In this document: piece after piece, positions 8,532 to 17,699 of the stretch
Numbering within the stretch: position 1 is the stretch's first letter
Layout of the letters: every line of letters starts with the position of its first letter
Source of the DNA: a virus
IMG/VR virus record: IMGVR_UViG_3300042535_000023
Location: 1 to 64,000 of that record
Reading direction: 5' to 3' (one strand)
DNA: 64,000 bases
The notes under the pieces: generated by a model
Database searches by the model: none
What the model was told of the DNA's origin: nothing
What the model saw: the letters and a program-made list of their open reading frames with translations, nothing else
Position numbers and translations under genes: made by a program

Positions 8532-8559
8532 ATTATACCAAAAATTAAATAAAAGTCAA
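8532..8559 (-). promoter_or_regulatory. Sigma70-like promoter with extended -10
   Basis: TTGACT-N16-TATAAT with TGn; heads the small-gene cluster. Confidence 0.7.
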
Positions 8560-8560
8560 A

Positions 8561-9133
8561 CTATTTTATAATTATTGTTACTACAGCTGGCGAAGAGACT
8601 CCTTTGTTATTAGATGCTTTAAATTTAAAAGAGTCTATCATATTTGGCGGAGTATATCTATTAGTGTAATTAAAGTTCCCAGTAAAATTATCTAAAGTAA
8701 GCCTACCATATGGAGGAATAGTAACTAGTGAATATTTTGTAACGTCCCCGTTAGCAGTAAGTTTTCCAGAGACAGTTCCCTTTTTTAACACCGAAATACT
8801 TAAATCGTTGGCTACTGGTATGGTAGGTATGTCTGGAACAACGTATGTATAGTTGAAAGCATTGGAATGTGCAGATTCATTCCCAGCAATATCAACAGCA
8901 GTCAGGGTAAACTTATTAGTCCCTACAACTAAATCCACTGGACAGGCTAAATTCCTAGCCATAGGGTCTTTAGTTTCACACAGAATAGGATCCCCAGGCT
9001 TGGCCCAGTTATTATAAAGTCTAAATCCAGACACCCCTATTCCAGAATTATAATCCCAATTTATACTTACCGTTTTAGCATTTACTACAGCAGGTATAAG
9101 TATAAATAATAATAATTTTAAAATTGTTTTCAT
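8561..9133 (-). CDS. Exported protein: signal peptide + fibronectin type III-like + Ig/cadherin-like domain
   Basis: MKTILKLLLFILIPAVVNA signal; W...GFRLY...FTLTAVDIAGNES; PPYGRLTL...GNFNYT...DSFKFKA. Start reassigned to 9133 (AGAGG RBS). Confidence 0.8.
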   Translation of the reverse strand: MKTILKLLLFILIPAVVNAKTVSINWDYNSGIGVSGFRLYNNWAKPGDPILCETKDPMARNLACPVDLVVGTNKFTLTAVDIAGNESAHSNAFNYTYVVPDIPTIPVANDLSISVLKKGTVSGKLTANGDVTKYSLVTIPPYGRLTLDNFTGNFNYTNRYTPPNMIDSFKFKASNNKGVSSPAVVTIIIK

Positions 9134-9144
9134 ATTAACCTCTA

Positions 9145-9801
9145 TTATTTTATAGGTGTATAACCATATTGAGTTATTGTGCCCCAATCTATTGAGGCTG
9201 TAACTCGCTGCACCGTATCCAATGGATAAATTGGGGCCTGATTTATATAATACAAACGACTTTCCTTTTCAAATTTCTCTGTACATCTTACATTTTTAGG
9301 AAAGACTACCTCATCATTACCAAATACTATATTAAAAGCTTCTGATATGTCTAATAATACCTTTAGAGGATCTATTAATAAATCTTCGTACCTAACTAAA
9401 ATTATTTTCTTATATATCTCATTATTAGTTCCGTTTATAAAAGGTAAGTGGCCTCTATATAAGTCGTTATACTTAATAAAAATTTTTTCTGGTGTATCAT
9501 CTTCTACTATAAAATCATGTTTGTTATCTACAAGCCAGTTTAATATAGAAGTGTACCATGTATATGGATTTTTTATTATAACTATACAATACACATTTGA
9601 TTCCAAAGCCTTACGTGCTAATGCGCTCCTTGGATCATCTTTAAATAAATCAAACCATTCTGGCATATCTATATTAATAGGCCCATGCTTCCAGCCAAAC
9701 TCATGCGTTAGTACATCAACATCACAGAAATTACGTAATATAATGTTGGCTAGGTAAGTTGTACCGGTACGCTGTATTCCAAATATCTTTATATAATCCA
9801 T
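9145..9801 (-). CDS. Sulfotransferase-fold protein
   Basis: 5'-PSB loop GIQRTGTTY, 3'-PB IIKNPYTWYTS, VRYEDL. Confidence 0.8.
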   Translation of the reverse strand: MDYIKIFGIQRTGTTYLANIILRNFCDVDVLTHEFGWKHGPINIDMPEWFDLFKDDPRSALARKALESNVYCIVIIKNPYTWYTSILNWLVDNKHDFIVEDDTPEKIFIKYNDLYRGHLPFINGTNNEIYKKIILVRYEDLLIDPLKVLLDISEAFNIVFGNDEVVFPKNVRCTEKFEKESRLYYINQAPIYPLDTVQRVTASIDWGTITQYGYTPIK

Positions 9802-9810
9802 GATGGTTCC

Positions 9811-12321
9811 TTATCCACATTTAGAATATGCACATTCAGAGCAGGAAATGCATCCCTCTTTTCTTATTAAAAGGCCTTCGCCACATTGTGGGCATTTTTG
9901 TTCCTTGCTATATTTATACTCTTTAACATAAGAGCTAAGAACTCTTGCTATAACTGTGGAGTAAGCTGTGATATCGCCGTTAGCTTTCTTCAACTGATCT
10001 ACTATGAACTCCAAAGGTGTTCCATGACGCATAGCCAGCGATAGTAACCTTGTAATGGAACGTTGTTCGCTATCCATAAGGGTGTGAGCTAAGTCTTTAT
10101 ATTCTATTTCTTGATTTCTAACCATAATCTCAAGTGAATATTTTCCACCATCTCGTTTAATAATCTTTCCAGACTTACAAGTTTTAGGAATATATAAACC
10201 ACTATCATCATTAACTTGCCCGCAGAACAGTTCATATGGCTGATTTTCTAAAAGACCTACTAAAACTAACCAAGCTTGTCCTTTAATAGAACAGTGGTGA
10301 ATATTGCACGAAAGCTCATTTAATCTTTTTGGTGCACACACTGGAGTAATAAATTTTGGTCTATTATCTTTACATAACTGTGTCTTACCGGCCCCCTCAA
10401 ACTTAGCCTTATTAGTAATAGGATCTTCAAAAATAAGGATGCCTTGACGGGAACCATCTCGATAAACAGATACTGCCCTAACGTCATTCTTATAGGCCTG
10501 CATATAAATATTCTCAACATCCTCTATTGTAGCTGATGCTGGTAAATTATAGGTGCAAGAAATAGAGGCATCCATCCATTTATAGACAGCGCTCATAAGC
10601 TTAATCTTTTGCATAGGATTAATTTCATGAGCTGGCTTAAAAAATCCAGCAGGTATATATTTATTAATTATCTCTATCAAAGCTTTACCAATCTTACCAT
10701 CCTCGTCCTGAATTGAGCCTTGAAAACTACTCATTACCTCATAGTCATTGGAGGCCTTATCAATCTTATTCAAAATATATTCCAAAAGTCTTTGAGGAAT
10801 AGTAAAGTAATAAATATAATTACCCTTATCTATTGCACGAGTTCTGCGCCAGTAGTAAAGTCCAATTACAGGCTCTATTCCTGAAGAAATACAAGGCGAT
10901 GGAAATATAGATGACAAAGACCCCGCAGGAGCAATACTCATATGTGCCATATTACGCATAGTTTTAATAGCTGAAGCGTCACCATTATAGAACTCATTAA
11001 CTATATTTCTAAAATAAGTTGTTCCCATAAAAACAGTTTTATCTTCAACCAGCTCGAACGCTGGAGCGCTACCTTTCTCCAAACCCAATGCTACAGAAGT
11101 CCTGAATACAATAGAAGCATATATTTTCATAAAATTTTCTACAGCTTTTACGGCATCATCAGAATCATAAGCTACGTCCTGCTTTAATAACCAACCATGA
11201 ACATTGGTTATACCCATACCTACTTCACGTAACTGCTCAATGATCCAACGTTGCTGAGATAGCGGGCTTAAATTCTTATCTAGTTCATAAGCTACAACAT
11301 TATCAGCCATCCTTACTATAGCAGGAACTATTTCATTAAGTTGCTCTACATACTCTTTTGGCGCCGTCGAAAAATGCTCCATATTTAAAGAAGAGAGATT
11401 GCAAACTGAGTAGGGTGCCATAAACTTTTCACTGCATGCATTCGAAGAATGAGGTAAAAAGCGGTCATCATTAAAATGATCTGCTATTGCCTTATACATC
11501 ACACTATTCTGAAGAAGATTTCTATACTGAATACCAGGCTCTGCTGTTTTCCAAGCCCGATCCGCTATAAGCCTAAATAATTTTTTGGCTTTAATTGTTT
11601 TCTTAATAACTTCTCCAGAATCTCTAACTGTAAAACTCATTTCCCAATCAGCATCTTTTTCTACAGCTTCCATAAAATCGTTGGTAATTTGGACTGAGAT
11701 ATTGGCATTGTTAATCTTGGTAATATCATCTTTACAGGTAATAAACTCCTCAATATCTGGATGACTGATAATTAAAGACTCAAGAAGTGCTGGCTTACGT
11801 CCTTGCTGACCTACGTAATCACCGATTCTATTAAGCTTATCCATCCATGGAATTACGCCTGTGGATTCAATAGCCGCGTTACCTAACTTGCTACCTCGTG
11901 GGCGTAGTTTTGAAAAATCTATACCGATCCCTTGTCGGTATGCAGCGCACTTCATCACATCATATTCGCACTGAGCAATAGCTTCTAGAGTATCATCACC
12001 TAAAGGGATAGTAGTGCAGTTCATAGTAGAACTTTTTCTGCCTAAACCTATACTGGATAAGATGCTACCACCAGGTCTGAACCAGCCATTCCACATAAGA
12101 GTGAACCACGCAGCGGTACAGTTATCTTGTGACTCTTGGCTAAGTTCATAAACAGATAAGCCTTTGGCTACCCTATAGAATACCTCGGCAGGAGTTTCCT
12201 TAGTTCCATCAGTTTTAATCATAGCATACTTAGTATTGAAAATGTCTACGGCGTACTTATCACCTGAAAAGTAACCTTCTGCTGTTACAGATTTAACATC
12301 CTCAAAATTAATAATTTCCAT
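9811..12321 (-). CDS. nrdJ: Class II (B12-dependent) ribonucleotide reductase
   Basis: GIGIDFSKLRPRG, NANISV, AEPG, SNACSE, CNLSSLN, SIAPAGS, SSGIEP, YRDGSR; C-terminal TSCPD-like domain and CPQCG...CxxC...SKC; no beta subunit nearby. Confidence 0.92.
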   Translation of the reverse strand: MEIINFEDVKSVTAEGYFSGDKYAVDIFNTKYAMIKTDGTKETPAEVFYRVAKGLSVYELSQESQDNCTAAWFTLMWNGWFRPGGSILSSIGLGRKSSTMNCTTIPLGDDTLEAIAQCEYDVMKCAAYRQGIGIDFSKLRPRGSKLGNAAIESTGVIPWMDKLNRIGDYVGQQGRKPALLESLIISHPDIEEFITCKDDITKINNANISVQITNDFMEAVEKDADWEMSFTVRDSGEVIKKTIKAKKLFRLIADRAWKTAEPGIQYRNLLQNSVMYKAIADHFNDDRFLPHSSNACSEKFMAPYSVCNLSSLNMEHFSTAPKEYVEQLNEIVPAIVRMADNVVAYELDKNLSPLSQQRWIIEQLREVGMGITNVHGWLLKQDVAYDSDDAVKAVENFMKIYASIVFRTSVALGLEKGSAPAFELVEDKTVFMGTTYFRNIVNEFYNGDASAIKTMRNMAHMSIAPAGSLSSIFPSPCISSGIEPVIGLYYWRRTRAIDKGNYIYYFTIPQRLLEYILNKIDKASNDYEVMSSFQGSIQDEDGKIGKALIEIINKYIPAGFFKPAHEINPMQKIKLMSAVYKWMDASISCTYNLPASATIEDVENIYMQAYKNDVRAVSVYRDGSRQGILIFEDPITNKAKFEGAGKTQLCKDNRPKFITPVCAPKRLNELSCNIHHCSIKGQAWLVLVGLLENQPYELFCGQVNDDSGLYIPKTCKSGKIIKRDGGKYSLEIMVRNQEIEYKDLAHTLMDSEQRSITRLLSLAMRHGTPLEFIVDQLKKANGDITAYSTVIARVLSSYVKEYKYSKEQKCPQCGEGLLIRKEGCISCSECAYSKCG

Positions 12322-12412
12322 CTTTAACCCCCTTCAAAAATTTCATGGCGCGCTGAAAAGCGTCCCAATCTCTAATGTTTAATATAGTGTATTTAGCAAA
12401 TGAAAGTTCCAT
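12308..12412 (-). CDS. Possible 34-aa microprotein upstream of nrdJ
   Basis: ATG directly after the previous stop (TAA ATG), MELSFAKYTILNIRDWDAFQRAMKFLKGVKDGNY; overlaps the nrdJ start. Confidence 0.4.
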   Translation of the reverse strand: MELSFAKYTILNIRDWDAFQRAMKFLKGVKDGNY

Positions 12413-12901
12413 TTAATCTTCTCCAGCAGCTACAACTTTGGTATTCATTTCAAAATCCTCATCAAAAATACTTTTATGTGATTTAACAAAAACACCTACA
12501 AAGGACTCATCGTTAGATAAATAAATTGGCATATTCCATTGCTTAGTAAGAACCCCTTCTTCATCAACATCTTCATGATTGGGCAGTGCAAAAGCTACAA
12601 TCTCTCTCCGCATCTCTGATGTATAACTACCATCTGATTCTATTTCTAATCTTAACTGTCTGTCTGCCTCAAAACTTTTCTTGGCGGACGAAGTAAGTAT
12701 GGACATTTCTTGTTTACCTAATACTAATACCCTATCATCACAATCTGGATAATTTTTTTTATAAAATAATAATTGAGCATTTATTTCACTTGTCAACAAA
12801 GAAGCTTCTGCTTCAAATCTATCTTTAGGGTCAGAACTATCAATAATATCTTCTAACCTTTTGTCCATCATATTACATCGTTTAATATTTTCCATATTCA
12901 A
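12413..12901 (-). CDS. Hypothetical acidic protein
   Basis: 162 aa, AAGGAG RBS. Confidence 0.7.
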   Translation of the reverse strand: MNMENIKRCNMMDKRLEDIIDSSDPKDRFEAEASLLTSEINAQLLFYKKNYPDCDDRVLVLGKQEMSILTSSAKKSFEADRQLRLEIESDGSYTSEMRREIVAFALPNHEDVDEEGVLTKQWNMPIYLSNDESFVGVFVKSHKSIFDEDFEMNTKVVAAGED

Positions 12902-12916
12902 TTCTCCTTTAAAATT

Positions 12917-13354
12917 TTATCGACCTGAACTCCCAAATCCATTAGTTCCTCTAACTGTTTCTTCTAAATTAGTAGTCTCAATAAAGTGTGCTGTATAAAC
13001 AGGACTAAACTTCATCTGTGCTACTCGCTCGCCCTTTTCAATATTAAGCTCTTCTTGCCCGAGGTTGATAAGTGCTACTTTAATATTGTTTCTATAATGA
13101 CTATCAATGGTGCCTGGTGAATTCACTACTGTAAGTCCTCGCTTCCATGCTTGTCCACTACGTGGCCTAATTTGAGCCTCAAAGCCCTCAGGCATGGCGA
13201 TTTGTAATCCTGTGTCTGCCAGGTAACGTTCCCCTGGTTTAATCGTGAAGGCCTCTACAGTGGCTAAATCACAACAAGCGTCTCCTGGGTAAGCGTAAGT
13301 TGGAACTACTGCGTCTTCATGCACCTTCTTTAAATAAACTCTGATGTCGTTCAT
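12917..13354 (-). CDS. dut: Trimeric dUTPase
   Basis: Motifs DL, IRPRSG, NSPGTIDSHYR, ERVAQ, RGTNGFGSSG. Confidence 0.97.
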   Translation of the reverse strand: MNDIRVYLKKVHEDAVVPTYAYPGDACCDLATVEAFTIKPGERYLADTGLQIAMPEGFEAQIRPRSGQAWKRGLTVVNSPGTIDSHYRNNIKVALINLGQEELNIEKGERVAQMKFSPVYTAHFIETTNLEETVRGTNGFGSSGR

Positions 13355-13365
13355 ATTTGATTCTC

Positions 13366-15273
13366 CTATTTAATTATTCCATTGCATTTAATACAAGTTA
13401 AATCCTTTCCTCTAAACTCAAATTCTATTCCTCCACATTTTCCACCTTCTACATCATAGTCACATTTTTCCTTCATCCAACAAGGCGAAATTAAAGCGGT
13501 AGTTTCCATAACAATATGATCAAAATAATAACCGAAACCTTTAATAATAGATTCTTCTACTATTTTTGCTACCTCATAACGTTTTTCATAGATTGTCTGT
13601 ATAATCAATTCGTCATGGACTGTAAGAATTAACTCCGCATCATAATCCAATTGTTCGAGGGCTTCAACTACATACACCATGGCCTTCTTAATAGTGTCAG
13701 CGTTGGACCCCTGAATAGGTGCATTCTTAGCCTGCCTCTCTATACCCCTGGATATCTTTTTATAATCTGGAGATGACGGATAAGGAACATTATAAAATCT
13801 TTTTCTACCAGAAATTGATCTACTATAACCTAACCTTACAGCGTCCCTGCCAGATTTAGTTAAATATTCATAAATGAGGGGATACGCTTGGAAGTAGCCG
13901 TTGATTACTTTATCGGCCTCCTTCTCTGATATTTTTAATCTCCTTGATAGTCCATATTTAGACATACCATATACGATTCCGAACCCAATGGCCTTAGCAG
14001 GCTTCCTATATTTATTGTTGGCAGCTTCTTCCATAGATACCTTATATACTTCAGAGGCTGTCTTTGTATGTATATCCACCCCATGGTCGTAACAGTATTT
14101 AAATGCTGGCTCTTTGGATAAATTACCAAGTATACGAAGCTCAGCACCTGACATGTCTGCTGTGATTAATACGTACCCATCTTTGGCTATAAACCTACTC
14201 CTAAACTTTTGTTTCCCAGGAATATTCTGGAGGTTCGGGTTATTGCTTGACATGCGCCCCGTGCTGACCATCTGCTTAAAACTTGTGTGTAATCGACCAG
14301 TTACTGGATTTATCTGAGCAAGCAGTGTTTCCCCATAAGTAGATAATAACTTTTGTGTTTTCCTATAATCTAACAACGCATCTATAGCAGGATGGCCGGC
14401 ATAGTCTTCAAGAACCTCTACACCAGTACTCTCTAGATTAAATCCAAACTTATTCAGCTCTACTAAAAGCTGTTTGTTGCTATTAATATTTACTTTTGAT
14501 ACACCAAACAAAGTGGTTTGGTCTGCTTTAGTAGAGAGAATACTATGCAATGTTTTCTCATGCTCAAACTGCTCCTTCTCTACATCCGCCATTAATTCTC
14601 TCCACCTTTCTACATCCATAGTGATGCCATTTAATTCCATTTCACAAAGAGCTTTTACAAAATCAAACTCAAGTTGAACAACATCAGCAAGCCCATGCTT
14701 TTCTATCTCTGAAGCTTGCATATCTCTAATCATAGTTAAAATAGTAACATCTACTGCAGCATAATCTAATTGGTATTGTTGAAATTCTTGATAGTAATCC
14801 TCAAAAGTTCCTCGTGGCTCCTTATCCATCTCTAATCCAAGATACTTTTTAACAAGTAGTTGTAAGTTAGCTTTAGTAAATAGGCCCAAATTTAATAACT
14901 GCTCCACAAGCATTGTATCATAGATATTCTGAATATAATACCCAGCGTTAGCTTTAATCATTTCCATATCATAAGAAGCATTCTGTAATAACTTCTTTAT
15001 CTTTTTGTTAGTTAAAATATCTTTAAAGAATAGTAAATCTACTTCGCTCTTACTAATATCTTTTCTAACATCGAATATACATACTCTTCCTTCCGCGCCA
15101 AATTGCAATAATACTACCTTTGAGGTATAAGGATCAAGGCCTGTGCCCTCAGTGTCTACTTCAAACTCTGATAATGAAGAAAAATACTCTAAAGCTTCAG
15201 TAGCTTCATCAACGGTTCTAATGTATTCATAGGTTGGTATTGGTAAAAATCTTCTGCTCTCAACTAATTCCAT
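13366..15273 (-). CDS. polA: Family A DNA polymerase with 3'-5' exonuclease, no 5'-3' exonuclease
   Basis: DTEGTGL (ExoI), YAAVD (ExoIII), TGRMSSNNPNLQNIP, ADMSGAELRIL (motif A), RKPAKAIGFGIVYG (motif B), VHDEL (motif C). Confidence 0.96.
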   Translation of the reverse strand: MELVESRRFLPIPTYEYIRTVDEATEALEYFSSLSEFEVDTEGTGLDPYTSKVVLLQFGAEGRVCIFDVRKDISKSEVDLLFFKDILTNKKIKKLLQNASYDMEMIKANAGYYIQNIYDTMLVEQLLNLGLFTKANLQLLVKKYLGLEMDKEPRGTFEDYYQEFQQYQLDYAAVDVTILTMIRDMQASEIEKHGLADVVQLEFDFVKALCEMELNGITMDVERWRELMADVEKEQFEHEKTLHSILSTKADQTTLFGVSKVNINSNKQLLVELNKFGFNLESTGVEVLEDYAGHPAIDALLDYRKTQKLLSTYGETLLAQINPVTGRLHTSFKQMVSTGRMSSNNPNLQNIPGKQKFRSRFIAKDGYVLITADMSGAELRILGNLSKEPAFKYCYDHGVDIHTKTASEVYKVSMEEAANNKYRKPAKAIGFGIVYGMSKYGLSRRLKISEKEADKVINGYFQAYPLIYEYLTKSGRDAVRLGYSRSISGRKRFYNVPYPSSPDYKKISRGIERQAKNAPIQGSNADTIKKAMVYVVEALEQLDYDAELILTVHDELIIQTIYEKRYEVAKIVEESIIKGFGYYFDHIVMETTALISPCWMKEKCDYDVEGGKCGGIEFEFRGKDLTCIKCNGIIK

Positions 15274-15277
15274 TTAA

Positions 15278-16357
15278 TTACCTCTTCCTTTGAATATTCT
15301 CTACTACTTTGAAAATATAATTATAAAAAATATGCATGCCTGGTTTGCCAGCCTGATAAATTGGGGTGGTAACTATATCTAAAATATTTGAGTATATTTT
15401 TCCCTCTGGTATACTGCCTGCTTTCTTAAGACATCCCACAAAATAACCTGCTACTGCTATTCTTAAAGCCTCTACCGGATATTTTTTTGATAGTGACTCA
15501 AACAACTCGTTGGCTTGTCTAAACTTCCCACTAAACATTGCTCTACTTAATTCTATAACCTCAGGATTTTCCTCATCAATTAAAACACCCAATAACTGTT
15601 TAGTAGATTCCATAGTCCAAGATTTTTCATTGATAACATCATTAAGCAACATCAATGCTTTTCTTGGAACACCTTTTGTTTCCTCGGCTATGAAGGTGAG
15701 AATGTCTACATCATAATTTTCACCCTCGTATTCTACTACATTTATAAGCATTTCTAATACTTCGTTGGTGCTTAGAGGATCAAAGTGCATCCTCTTACAT
15801 CTATCTAGAAAGGCATTACCCTCCTCTTTCTTTTTACTTTCTAAAGCCTCGGGCTTATTTGTGCAGAATATGAAATACACATGCGAATATCCATCCTCCA
15901 TATCCTTTAACAGAAGATTTTTGGCTGCATCTGTTAGCTCATGTGCCTCATCAAAAATTATTACTTTACTTCTGGACATAAATGGTGCGCTAGGAAGATC
16001 TTTTACTATAGACTCTGCCGCATCCTTACCTCCTGCGCGAGCCACATTACACTCTATAACATCCACGCTATTTCTATTAATGATTGATTTACAAGAGGTG
16101 CACTCCATACAAGGCGTAGATGTTGGGCCTGAGCCACTTTGACAATTCAACCCCAAGGCTACTATACGTGCCATAGTAGTCTTACCACAACCAGGTTGGC
16201 CTGTAAACAACTGGGTATGAGGGACTTTATTTGAATCTAGGTTATTTTTAACTACTCTTTTGTTTATATCATTTCCCAAAAATTCGTCGGCAGAACAAGG
16301 ACGATATACTGTATTTAAATCATTACTTCCATTAAGACTCTTTCTTTTTACAAGCAT
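15278..16357 (-). CDS. dnaX: Clamp-loader AAA+ subunit (DnaX gamma/tau-like)
   Basis: YRP, GQPGCGKTT, Zn module LNC...PCMECTSC, DEAH, NLLLKDMED. Confidence 0.92.
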   Translation of the reverse strand: MLVKRKSLNGSNDLNTVYRPCSADEFLGNDINKRVVKNNLDSNKVPHTQLFTGQPGCGKTTMARIVALGLNCQSGSGPTSTPCMECTSCKSIINRNSVDVIECNVARAGGKDAAESIVKDLPSAPFMSRSKVIIFDEAHELTDAAKNLLLKDMEDGYSHVYFIFCTNKPEALESKKKEEGNAFLDRCKRMHFDPLSTNEVLEMLINVVEYEGENYDVDILTFIAEETKGVPRKALMLLNDVINEKSWTMESTKQLLGVLIDEENPEVIELSRAMFSGKFRQANELFESLSKKYPVEALRIAVAGYFVGCLKKAGSIPEGKIYSNILDIVTTPIYQAGKPGMHIFYNYIFKVVENIQRKR

Positions 16358-16372
16358 AGTTAATTCTCCAAA

Positions 16373-16894
16373 TTAATTCTCTAATTCATTTGTCTGTCTC
16401 GACACAATCTCCGCCATTACTAAATCACAAAGTTCACTTAATACTCCCATACCACTTATTGAACTTAAAACAAAAGAAGCATACTTCTTTATAACATCTA
16501 CACTATCCAATGGACAGATAGATAAAGGTATCATTTGAACACACTCTAAGTCTGAATAAGTGCTGCCTATAAATAGAACTTCGTCTGGTGTCACGCTGTA
16601 GTATTGTAATATCTGAACTATAACGTCCTTCTTTTTCTTCTGCGCCCAATAAAATGGGATACACTTTTTTCTGAATAAGTTGTAGGATATAGCGTTATCT
16701 GAAGACATAAAAACAAACTTAAACCCTTTCTTAAGCTCATTAATAGCCTCAAAATCCTTTAGATGATAAGTTTTAAAAGGAACATTCTGTAACTCATCAT
16801 AGTTTACTAAGCCTTCTGTTATTATACCATCAACTTCAGAAATAATCAACTTAATTTTCTTCATTTTCTCTAAAAACTCTTTCATACTATTCAC
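16373..16894 (-). CDS. KdsC/YrbI-like HAD protein with degenerate catalytic motifs
   Basis: IKLIISEVDGIITEG (canonical DVDGVLTDG), FIGSTYSD (canonical GDDxxD). Confidence 0.8.
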   Translation of the reverse strand: MNSMKEFLEKMKKIKLIISEVDGIITEGLVNYDELQNVPFKTYHLKDFEAINELKKGFKFVFMSSDNAISYNLFRKKCIPFYWAQKKKKDVIVQILQYYSVTPDEVLFIGSTYSDLECVQMIPLSICPLDSVDVIKKYASFVLSSISGMGVLSELCDLVMAEIVSRQTNELEN

Positions 16895-17699
16895 CTCTAA
16901 GTGTTGGCCCGTACTCCTTTAATTTCTCAAGTTGCTGTTTCAATGGTGGTATGTCTAACTTAGGAGCACTATAAATAGAAGATAAAGTCCTATCACATTT
17001 CACAATAGTTTTATATTCATTAACTACAACATCCAAACTAAAAACGTCTGAAATTAATTTTGTTAGTTCATATTTATTAAATGAATCTGGAGAATGGAGG
17101 TGCTTCACTCCTTCCCAATATAAATTTTCTTTTATTATTATATCACAAATCTTTGCAAATGTCAAGCAAGTTATACCATTCCAAAAATGATTTGTATATC
17201 CATTAACTGTTTTACCTTCATTACTTTTTACCCACTCAAGTAAAGATACTTTATTTCTAAGCTCCTCCCCTATAATAGATGTCCTTATGACGCAACAGTT
17301 ATCTGGCTCTCCTAAAGATTTTGTTCTTCCATAAATATCGATGGCATCATGCAAAGACTCTTCATTATATGCACCTTTAGCGCCCGAAAAAACACAGTCG
17401 GTAGTGACGTGAATGAATTTAGCCCCAACATGTTCACAATGGTTTGCTACCCTCCAAGGAAAAGCAGAGTTTGCTAAAATAAAATCTACTGGATTAATTT
17501 TATTTCTTTGTTTTATTACTCCTATACAGTTAATAACCACATCCCCTTTAACTATAGAAGTAAAACTATTACCTCGTACTTTGGTAGCATCTACCATCTT
17601 CCTTGTTACACCAACAACATCATATTTTTTTAAAGAATTTAGATATGTAAAAACATATCTCCCTAACATACCTGTGCTACCTAATACAAATATTCTCAT
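16887..17699 (-). CDS. RmlD-like NDP-4-keto-6-deoxysugar reductase (SDR)
   Basis: GSTGMLG, VINCIG, TTDCVFSG, YGRTKSLGE. Confidence 0.9.
   Translation of the reverse strand: MRIFVLGSTGMLGRYVFTYLNSLKKYDVVGVTRKMVDATKVRGNSFTSIVKGDVVINCIGVIKQRNKINPVDFILANSAFPWRVANHCEHVGAKFIHVTTDCVFSGAKGAYNEESLHDAIDIYGRTKSLGEPDNCCVIRTSIIGEELRNKVSLLEWVKSNEGKTVNGYTNHFWNGITCLTFAKICDIIIKENLYWEGVKHLHSPDSFNKYELTKLISDVFSLDVVVNEYKTIVKCDRTLSSIYSAPKLDIPPLKQQLEKLKEYGPTLRGE

Noticed and set aside
12340-12400. Cobalamin riboswitch or NrdR box upstream of nrdJ
   Set aside because: Only a 4-bp hairpin and a partial ACACTATAT match; the gap is too short and is filled by a plausible 34-aa ORF
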